The notes under the pieces were generated by a model, which worked only from the letters and a program-made list of their open reading frames with translations, ran no database searches and had not been told where the DNA came from. Positions 38,666 through 49,420 of a stretch of 64,000 bases of DNA are shown here, piece after piece; positions within the stretch are counted from its first letter, which is position 1; every line of letters starts with the position of its first letter. Location: NCBI GenBank assembly GCA_050084985.1, contig JBITNC010000001.1, positions 177,816,001-177,880,000 on the forward strand, written 5' to 3'. The DNA comes from Nageia nagi. Taxonomy: Eukaryota; Plantae; Pinophyta. The position numbers and the translations under genes were made by a program.

Positions 38666-41017
38666 ATAAACTAATATTTTTTAACCTTAAAGTTTTAAAA
38701 TTCAAATTTTTTTGGGCCTTGCATGGTGTTGGATGCCTTTTGCTTGCTCTCTCACACCCTATGTGTGTTAGCTTTGACCTCATTTTTTTTCTATCTGAAG
38801 TTTTTAGAAGTTTTTCTTTGATTTTTTCTGGGGGCATATTGTGGCTCCATGGCAATGGTACACCCTCTATAGTGGCCAACACCTCTCTGCATTTTTTTCT
38901 TGATGTCTCACCACCTCTATGGTAGCCAACATCCCTTCTTCCTCACGGCCTCTCTCACCCCACCATTCAGATCTCTCTGCATGTAGCACTCCTTTGGTTG
39001 GTCCTCCCACTTGACCCCCTTCTCTCGCGCATGGTCACTTTCCTCTTGTGAACCTCTCTGCATGTAACACCCCTTCATTTGGTCTCCTAGCATCTCTACT
39101 TTTGATGCACCACTTTGATAGTCTACAAATCCTCACTCGGCTCCTATTCTCTTCTTCTCCACTTTGCTTAGCTCATAAAGTTTAAAACCTTCTTTAAATT
39201 CATTTGGTGGGGTGCACCAGGATGGTGTCCATATGCCTTATTATTATTTTTTGTTGGTGGGAGTACTCATATTTTTATTTCCTTCCTTAAATTTTTGCTT
39301 GTTAAACAATCTTTTCCTATCATAATGAGTTTTAAATGCATGAAGTATAGTTATTTTCAGCATTTAATATCTTGGAATTTTTTCTTTTGTTCAACAAGTT
39401 TAGACTTACAAAAGTGTTCATTTTTCCTTATCAAGTTCAACTCATCATGGCATGCCTTAATGAGTCTGAGTTAGAGTGAAGTAAGGGCAAACTCTAAGCT
39501 TTAAATATCTTACAAGTAGGTATGTAATCTTCTTTTCAACATTCAATGCTTTATTTGCAAGAGTAAATAGATCATTATTTCAGAATATTAGAAATAGAGG
39601 ATTATTACTTATTTAGTTTCTTTTTTTAGTACCCCTTAAAAATAATTTTTTTTAGATATTTTGTTAAGTAAAAATGGAGGAAATTTTGCATTAGTAAGTA
39701 TGGTAATTTTTATAGGCAAAATGTTGTAGGTATAAACTTGGCATTTCTCAAGTTAACTAAGTATGCTATTTTTTATTGCCTTAAAACCAATTTTAAGTAA
39801 AAAGGGAGAATTTTATGATGTTTGTACTTAAAAATGTTAGAATAATTTTTAGCATGCAATTGGTATTTTTTTTAGGCATTTTTTTTTCTTAGCTAAACTT
39901 CTAAGGTAAAATTATTATGCTATCTTTAGAGGATCATTTTAACTAAAGGCAAGGATATTTGTATAAATTATTTACTTAAATTTTAGCTAGATCCTTTATA
40001 CAAATTTGCATTATAGATGAAATATTTTATGCACATCTATTTTTTTATCCAAAGTGATAGATAGACTTATGCAAATAATGCATGCTATGAAATGATGCAT
40101 GCATACTTAAATTTTTAAGATATGGAATGATGCATGTTTACTTAAATTTTTTAAGCTATGATGCATGTTTATTTAAACTTTAAGTTATGATGCATTTAAT
40201 TGTATACTTCCTTATGCAAGAATGGAATGGACTTGTGCAAATAAGAAATGATGTAAAGATGTCCTTTAGGGGTTAGTAAACAAAACCCATTAGAATCTTA
40301 GGTTTCAATTTTGAATGGATGATATTTTACTTATACAAAAACAATTACAAACATTGAAATGAGCAACCCCCTGAAATGAATACATCTCATGAACATTTTG
40401 CAAAATGACTTGTTTAGGGAGCCATGAGGTGAGGATAGCTGGACTAGAGCCTTTAAGTTTGATGATCCAATTAGTGAAAAGTCTATACTTCTCAATTGCC
40501 CTTAAGTCCTCTGTTGGTCTAGATATAACTCTAATAGGTGGACAGGCATGTGTGTAGTGATATCATATTTGCACATCCATTCAGGAATTATCTTGATAAC
40601 TTAGGAGGACAAATTGAAACCTAATCAAGATTAATAATTTGGCTGATCCAATATAAGTAATAACCTTAAAAAATAGTAGGTACTTCTCCTTGTGAGAGTA
40701 TAATACTACCCAAAGTGAACTGGTTGAAGATTGGTAGTACTTGGGCTCCTCTTATGTAGGTATCCAAGTGAAGTCCTAATTTTATATAAGAAAACAAGCC
40801 TCAACAATGTCACTCTACATCTATGGTTCTTGAGATAAGAAATGTATTTGGGTACATGGATTATTATTTGAGTTGTAAAATATTTACACTAGTGAATCAA
40901 ATCAAGCATGTTTTAGTTAATTAAATGTAACATGTATTATTTACTTAGTTAAAACTTAACATATAATGTTATTTATTGAATTATATGCTTATTCTTTTTC
41001 TCATTCTCATGTAATAA

Positions 41018-44000
41018 ATGGGAGACTCTTTTTTACCCAAACACATTCTTGATAGTTCCAACTTTGGGATTTGGACACCTCGGATGAGAGTTGAGTTGTA
41101 GAAAAAGAAGCTTTGGAAAATGGTGAATGAGAACCTTGTACCTCCTCCAGATGAGAAGGCACTAGAGGCTTACAACATGAAGAATGAGTTAGAAATCTCC
41201 ATGATATTTTGTGTAGTTTTAAATGATGTGCTCCTAATGATTTCTTCTTTAACCTCAATAAAAGAAGCTTGGGATAACCTTAAGAAAATCCACCTTGGTT
41301 CAAAGTTTTCAAGAAGGTTTACCATTCTCTAAAAATTGCTTCAATCTTATCAAGATAAAGATGAAAATGTGGCTATCTACTTAAACAAAATCATTGACCT
41401 TAGAACCCAACTTATTGCTTGTGAATGTAATTGGTTCCATGATGAGTTCATGGTCTTTATCATTCTCCAAAGCCTTTCTTCAAAGTTTGGTAACTTTGTG
41501 ATGGTTATGAAAATAAGGCTTCATGAAGAAGAAGAAGTCTTCTCCCTTGAGAACCTTTCTAGGTTCCTTTTGAAGCATAAGAAAACCTTTAATAAAATGG
41601 TATTGATTTCTTATCCTAAGGATAATAATGTTGCTTTTGGAGCAACCAAAACTACTTTCAAGAAGTTCAACCATCAAAAGAAAACTTATCCTTGTTCCTC
41701 CAAAAGGTTTGATAAAAGGGGAAATGGTAATAACAATGGCAATAATAGGAACAACATCATCATCAACAACAACAACCACTTCAATCAAAGAGATGAAAAG
41801 GCAAAGCAAACAATCCAAATCCTAAGGCAAAGTTTGATAAAAATTGTAACTATTGTGGCATCATAAAGAAGTTGATTGCTACAAAAATAAAAGAGAGGAA
41901 AAGAATAAAGGCAATAAAATGTAAAGAAATTCAAAGGAAATAAGATTATTCATGCTGGTTTTGCTGCAGTGCTCTACTCCATGTCTTGCATTTTTTCATT
42001 TGATTAGATTATTGACTTTGGTTGCATTAATCACCTATGTTTTGAAAGGGAAAAGTTTGAAAACTTTCACAAGTATAAAAAAGATACGGTTGTGATAGGT
42101 GATAAGTCTATCCTTGAAGTACAAGGAATTAAGAGTGTGTTGATTCATGGAAAGGTTCTTGATAATGTGCTCTATGTTTTTAAGCTTAGGATGTACCTTC
42201 TCTCTATGATCGAAGTTGCTAAAAAAGGGTACTCATTTGAGTTCAACTCTCAATCTTGATGCATTAAGAAAGGACTTGTCATGTTGGTTAAAGGGTCAAT
42301 GAAAGATGATCTCTATGTTATGGATCAAGTTCCAACAAAGATGTGTCTTGCTACGAACATGTGTTCTAGAGGTAATCTTTGGCACCATAATTTAAGGCAC
42401 CTTAACCATAAAAGTATTCAAGTCATGAAAGACCAAGAACTTATGGAAGGTTTGCATTCAATTTCACCTTCAACTAGTCTATGTGAGAAGTGCATCCTCA
42501 ACAAGATGCATAGGCAAAAGTTCAAAAAAGATAAGGCAATAAGAGCATATCAACCTCTTCAACTCATGCATTCATATTTGATGGGTCCATTTTAGACTAA
42601 ATCACTTGGAAGAGCATCTTATGTCTTGATATTCATTGATGAATTTAGTAGGATGACCTTTGGGTATCTACTTGAGCACAAGGATCAAACTTTTGTGAGT
42701 TTTAAGGATTTTAAGATATTTATTGAGAATCAAACTAACCTTAAAATCAAGATGTAGAGATCAGATAATGGGAGAGAATATAACAACAATGAGTTCAATG
42801 ACTATTGTGCTAAGTATGGAATTAAGAGGCAGTTTACAATTCCTTACACTCCTTAGTAGAATGGTGTTGTCAAAAGGAAAAATAAAATAATTATAAAAAT
42901 GGATAGATGCATGTTGGGTAATCTTTCTAGTTTCTTATGGGGTGAAGCTATGAGCACTGCTATTTACACCTTGAATAGGTGTCCCATAAAATCCATTCAA
43001 GGTAAAACTCATTTTGAGGTATGGTTAAGAAGAAAACCTAACATTTCTCATCTTAGGGTGTTTGGTTGTGAAGCATTCTCCTACATTATTTCTAAGAAGA
43101 GGAAAAAGTTATATAAAAGAGCTAAAAAAATGCATGTTTATAGGTTATGACAGTCAGCATAGAGGCTACAAGCTCTACTCTCCATCCTATAGAGCAGTGT
43201 TTGTTTCAAGGGATGTAAATTTTAATAAAATTCTTGAATAATTTACTTCTAATGAGGATGTTAATGATCCAAATGACTCGTTAGTTACTCCTAGCTAGTT
43301 GGATATAGATATAGACAAGTCATCTTAGGAACAAAACTCTCTAACATAAAGGGTAACAAGGAGTATGACCTTGAACAAATCCTTATTTACCAAGATTGAC
43401 AACAAACATGAGCATTCATCCTTCAAAAAATCTTCAAAGCACAAGTGCTTGATGGAAGCCATGAAAATGGAGTATGAGGTGCTTATGAAAAATAAAACTT
43501 TGGAATTGGTTCTTTATCCCAATGAGAAAAATGTGATTGGTAATAAGTGGATCTATAAGGTCAAGTATAATTCTATTGGGGATATTGAGAAATACAAGGC
43601 AAGGTTAGTAGCCAAAATTTTTGCTCAAAAATATGATATAGATTATGAGGAAATATTTGGTCCCATGGTAAAGATGGCTATTATGAGAATTATCCTTACT
43701 CTTTTTGTAACTCAATAATGGAAAATTTTTTCAACTTGATATCAATAGTGCATTTCTCAATGGTGACTTAGATGTAAAAATCTTCATGAATCAATTAGAA
43801 GGGTTCATTATGCAAGGTAAAGAGTGTTTTGTGTGCAAACTAAAGAAGTCATTATGTGGACTTAAATAAGAATCTAGAGCCTAGTATAGGAAGATTTCAA
43901 GGTACTTTGCAAACATTGGATTCTTCAAGTGCTTTTTTATCTCTAATCTATATGTGCTCAATCAAAGAAAAGATATGGTATTAATTATCTTTTATTTAGA

Positions 44001-44947
44001 TAATCTTTTGATTACTAGAAATAATGATGCAATCATTCAAAAGTGCATATCCAAGCTTAAAGCAACATTTGAAATGAATGATCTTGGTCTCTTGCACTAC
44101 TATCTTGGAATGTAAGTGTATCAATACAAAGATTGTACTTATTTTATTCAATCTAAGTATATATTAGACATCTTGTATAAGTTTGGAATGGAAGAGTGTA
44201 GATATGCTATGATCCCAATCTCTCTTGGAATCATTATTTCTCTAAGCTCCAACTCTTAGTTGGTTGATGCTATAGCTTAGAGAAAATTAATTGGTAATCT
44301 TCTGTATTTGACTATTTTTAGGTTAGATAACCTTTGTAATGAATCTAATGGCATGATTCATGCAGAAAGCATATGTTGATCACCTTAATGCTATTAAGCA
44401 AATCTTAAGGTATGTTGTAAGGGTGAAGGATCTTGCTCTCAAGTATTCCAAGTTACCCTTATTTGTTCTCTTAAGGTTCTTAGATTCTAACTATGGGGGA
44501 GAGAGAGATGATAAAAAATCAACCTTTGCATATGTGTTTAGCATTGGTTTAGGTGCTATCTCTTAGGCTTATAAAAAATAACCTGCTATTTCTCTTTCCA
44601 CCATAGAAGTCAAATACCATGCCATATCTGTTGTAATCCAGGAAGCTATTTGGTTAAGACATCTTCTAAAAGAAATTAGGTATGAGCAAGTTGGCTCATC
44701 CTTGATTTATTTAGATAATTAGTTGGCTATTTCTTTGGCTAAGAATCCTGTATTCCATCATAAAATAATACATGTGGAAATCTAGGCCCACTTTATCAAG
44801 AAAAAGGTTCTTAATGGCATCATACATCTGGAGTATTTTTCATCCACCTTGAACTTTGCTGATTTATTCACTAAGCCCCTTTCTAAAGCTTAATTCTATA
44901 CACTTAGGGATCCTTTTAGGTTGGTGAAGTTACCCTTAAGGGGGAGT
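41018..44947 (+). pseudogene. copia gag-pol pseudogene of copy 2
   Basis: gag fragments 41120-41866, IIDFGCINH protease remnant, GAG-pre-integrase LWHHNLRHLN..CEKC, integrase, RT KWIYKVK..KYKARLVAK, RNase H. Confidence 0.92.
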
Positions 44948-45678
44948 GAAGTTTGAATTCATGTTCATGATGATAACTTCACCCCTAGAAGGATTTTATG
45001 CTGTAGAGTGTTATTTTTTATTATACACCTTCATGGTAAGTTTGCTCTACATGAGGAACTTATTGTACAATATTTTAGAATAAAAGATTAGCCAATCTAG
45101 CACTATTCAATTATCCATGTGTGAGAAAATTGTATGTGTCTTTTGGCCTTATTCAGTTATCCATATGTGAGGAACTCGTATGTGCATTTTGTTATACTCT
45201 ATTTTGTAATCAACATATGTTTTGTATACAATAGGTGACTATGAGTTTTTTCTTGGCATATTTGTGATAACTTATAGTGCACCATTGATCAGTTTATGAT
45301 GGCATTTGCTTTATTCATCTATCTTTGTTGATATAAATATAATGCATCTAACTGATCTTGTTATTTGAGTTCCTTATGACTTGCAAGTTTCTTTAAGATT
45401 GCAAGTTACTTACTTCAAGTGTGTAGGCTCTTAGAGACTCTTCATGACTTTTAGTTGGATGACTACTTTATCTATATTGAAATCGATTATGGTTAATGAT
45501 TATATTATAAATAATTTGTTAAAATGGTAAAGTAGTGAGTCTCTAATTAGATCTTTTTTACTTCACAAATATGTAAAAATTTCTCATCTCTTATTGTATC
45601 TATTTGGAGGAGAAATCTCTTACTCTCTTTTTTTCTTCTCTCTTATTCACTTTATCCTAATATTGCATTAAGGGGGAG

Positions 45679-46179
45679 TGTTGGAATGTATAATGTATTA
45701 GTGTAAAGCTTTTGTAATTATCCTCCTTGTAAATTCACTAATACTTAAGGGTATCATTAGATACCTTAAGTATTTAAGTGAATATGATAATGTAACTTAT
45801 CCTACACTCCATGTCATGAAAATGCCCCTTGGGTAAAAGGGAGTTGCATGTCATGCCTTTGTACATTGGGTAAAAGGGTGATCCAAAGAGGGATTTTAGC
45901 CTATAAATAGAATATTACCTCTTTGTGATCACACACAAATTTGTAGATTAAAGTTATGCTATAGGATAGTGTTTAAGATATGAGTTTAGAAGATTTGTAA
46001 GAGTTCATATTTGTGTGTGAAGTGAGATCTAGTTAGTGGATGTACTCCTTGTTAGAGGAACCACTTACAACTTGAATTATCTTTGTGAGATTACTTTGTG
46101 GGTTATTTAGATATGATTTGTGAGCTTTCATATGATCTTGGAATTTTAGAGTAGCTTATGTTATAGTTCAACTCTCTCA
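45679..46179 (+). repeat. 3' LTR of copia copy 2
   Basis: After PPT; direct repeat of the 5' LTR. Confidence 0.95.
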
Positions 46180-46949
46180 TCCCATCATGAAGCCCTATTA
46201 GGACCATCCACTAACTAAGCCATCTAGAGCCTACTGTTGAAGCTATCTAAATCCCGTTTATTTCTAAAAAAAAGTATGACATTGCCATTGGATTTTTATG
46301 AGCCCTACTTCACTTAACTCTTTTGACAACATTTCTTGTTGCATGACTTAACCTAAACTAAAAAACTATGAACAATAAGACCCAAAAATAACTCCCAAAC
46401 TACACAAGATCTAAAATTAATTGGACTTGAGATAGGGCTTGAACATGACTCAACTAAAATAGAATTATATATAAGGATAAAAAATAATACTTGGAATAAC
46501 TTATATATTATAATACCCATAAATAAGACCCAAACTATAAGAGACACAAACATGGGTAGCCTAATCCCATTGAACTGATATGGAATCTGACTGTTCTAAT
46601 GCTGCACATAACTTTGTTATCACCCCAACAAATGATCCCATCATGTTGGAAATATAATATAACTATTTCAACATTGCACACAACTTTTTTATCACCCCAA
46701 AAATCGATCCCATACTCAACATTTGAGAAATAGATTTACAATACAAAATCAAATATAACACCTACCCCCTCCCAAACTAGCCCCCACCTATTTTTAGTAT
46801 TGGTAGAATATATTAAAAAAAATTAAACACCCTTCCCCATACCCATATAAAATAATTATCAATATATCAATAGTTCAACTTGATATTAATAATACCCCTA
46901 GTATGCACTTACGTGGTATTTACCATTTCCTAACAGTTATCCCCTGTAC

Positions 46950-48100
46950 TTCTACTTTGTCGATGAGTGAGAAAGGTGTGCCACTTATAGGTGTGTGAAT
47001 TATAGTATGATAATCCCTTAATACATATATAATATACTCATACAAATTTGTATGATTATCCTTTATGAAGTTCTTCATAATTGATACTATTGCTTGTTGG
47101 TTTCCTCAACTTGTCCATTTCTTTACGGATAATAAGTAATGGAGAAACAATTCTTGATGTAATAATAATTACATGAATTTAATATATATTGATTCTTAAA
47201 GTTATTTCCATTATATGTGATTATTTGTGTTGGAATACCAAAGTGAAAATAACATTTTTATTGGTAAAATTTACTATCTTTGTTCTTATTGTAGATGCCA
47301 TAGGAATTACCTCAACTCATTTTATCAAATATTATGTGGTTGTGATAATAAATTTGTACCATCCTAATGAGGGAGGTGAAATTTATCCATTAATATTAAA
47401 ACACCATCATAAAAATGCCACATAAATTGAATAAGTTACAAAACTTGAGATGTTACATATTGTAGATTGGAATGTTGTTGACATTTGACACATTTCTTGA
47501 TCTATTCATTATAATCGCTTTTGATAATAGGTTGCAATAATATTCCATAAATAATAATCTCTTTGATATGGTAGTCCCATTAAAATGACCCCCACATATT
47601 TTATTATGATAAGTTGATATGGCTATAACCTAATCTACTAGTTCTAAATATATCAAAAGTATTCCATCAAATCTATGTCTATAGACAACATTGCCTGATA
47701 AGATAATCTTGTTGCATTTTGTTTAAAGATTATCTTTTCTATTGTAGTCAATTTGGGAGGAAATGAATTCCATTTAAGATATTTCTCAAGTTCAAATACC
47801 ATAAATATCTTAGATCCATATTAACTCATTGACTATGGATCATCATCTTTGAATGGAAAAAGACCCATGATAGATGACTTTGTTAATGTACTTATTTCCA
47901 CATGTTGAATTTTTTATGAAGATTAGGTGGATGATCTTAATAATGACATTATATTTGCAAATATATTGGATTATCTTACTACTACTTCTATATCACATGC
48001 TTGTAGCTTTTTTAATAATCTATTTATAATACCTTTGTATATCTTCAATATTGATTATATGTAGTAGTGATATCTTGCCTTCCATTTATTAATGTATCCC
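46950..48100 (-). mobile_element. gypsy (Tat-like) RNase H/integrase fragment
   Basis: Minus strand SITYYP*RNGQVEET (~47100-47145) and ICGGHF (~47582-47599). Confidence 0.75.
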
Positions 48101-48109
48101 CCTGTTTGA

Positions 48110-49420
48110 AGATTAGTTAGGGTCTATCCATTGGGATACAATGGTGGAGAAACTATATAAAAAAATAGAGTCTAGGGGTAATAACTATCCAAGTCAAGAT
48201 AGGAATATTCAATTGATTTAGTCAACTCTCCAAATAATGCCTTTATTCATGGTGTTTTTATTCAAAATTCCTTCCAATGAAACAAACAAAATTGAAAAAA
48301 TATGTAGGAATATTTTATGGAGAGGTACAAAAGAGAGGAAGAGGTACCATTTGGTGATTTGTGAGGTGGTGTTTTGTTCAAAGTCACATGTAGGGCTAGG
48401 GCCTAAGCATTTTAGAGTTCTAAGTAAAGCTATGACAACAAAGTTTATATGGAGGATAGCTACAATAAAGAATGAGTTATGAGTAGAGATTATCAAATCC
48501 AAATATCTTAAGAACAAGAACCTAATTTCAATTTGAGAGGATAACAACATTATAGGTGGTTCGACAAGTTAGAGTCACATTCAAGAAGGCATTAATATCA
48601 TAAATGATAAGTATATTTGGAAGAAAGGGAAAGGGTATAAAATAAAATTTTGGGATGATAAATGGCATGAAGTAATTCTTCTTAATGCTACTACAAACAT
48701 AAAAATAACTCTATAAGATGAATGGGATGACTATTTGAAAGATTACAAGTTAGGGACATGCATGACACTTCTAAAAGGAGAGAATTGGGAGAGAAATTTA
48801 TGAGTCTTGAGCTTAAAGTCCTACATAATAATATAGGGAATTTTATTTACATAACAAAAGATAATGACTACTTGGAATGAAGAGGAGCCCCTAAAAATAC
48901 ATACACATTTAAGGATGGCTATAATATTATTTTGAAAATTCTAGTGGAAAAAGTGCCTTGGGAAAATATATGGAGGACCAAATGCATTCCCAAAATTAAA
49001 ACTTTCATGTGGCTTGTGTTTCTGAATAAAATTCATACATGGGATAACTTGATGAAGAGAGGCTTTTAAGGTTCAAACAAATGTTTCCTTTGCTTCAATT
49101 TTGTAGAAATAATATTCCATTTATTCATGAAGTGTCCCTTCTCATACCAAGTTTGAGAGATTTAGTTGAAAACTATATGATTTGGATGGGTGAGACCTAA
49201 TTTAGTTATATAATAGTGGCCACATTGAAGAAAATCATATCCAAAATGGAAACGCACATGGAAAAATTTCATGCCCATTTTTCTATGGAATGTATAGAAA
49301 GAGAGAAGCACAAAAATCTTTAAGAATGAGCTTAAATATTTTGAGGCTATCTTTGTATGAATAGTAAGCGATCTAAATGAATTTGAGAGGTTGGAAAACC
49401 AAAAATAAGTGAGCTTTGAA
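48110..49420 (+). mobile_element. L1 LINE 3' fragment (post-RT region and zf-RVT)
   Basis: FKIP..IEKICRNILWRG..YHLV..GLG; IWRTKCIPKIKTFMWL..TWDNLMKRG..CFLC..HLFMKCPF. Confidence 0.88.

Larger units (their letters stand above)
37629..46179 (+). mobile_element. full-length decayed Ty1/copia element copy 2 (8551 bp)
   Basis: LTRs 37629-38130 and 45679-46179 (TG..CA), PBS TGGTATCAAAGC, PPT aagggggag 45670-45678, gag-PR-INT-RT-RH remnants; flanks TCTCG/TCCCA derivable from TCCCG by one transition each. Confidence 0.95.
36604..46721 (-). mobile_element. solo LTR (~1.56 kb, copia/SIRE-like) split by copia copy 2; TSD TTTGA
   Basis: T(T)TTGA..TCAACA termini with one mismatch; TTTGA at 36599-36603 and 46722-46726; actgagaggg..gggg-tgtaaatca and gtggaaacc..ggtaaaaatcac motifs; parts 36604-37628 and 46185-46721. 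Confidence 0.6.

Noticed and set aside
38462-38925. ORFs with CVCVCV/THTHTH
   Set aside because: Translations of the (TG)n microsatellite
40598-40622. Second hammerhead-like core (cttagga..gaaac)
   Set aside because: Both copies have CTTA rather than CTGA, which deamination cannot explain
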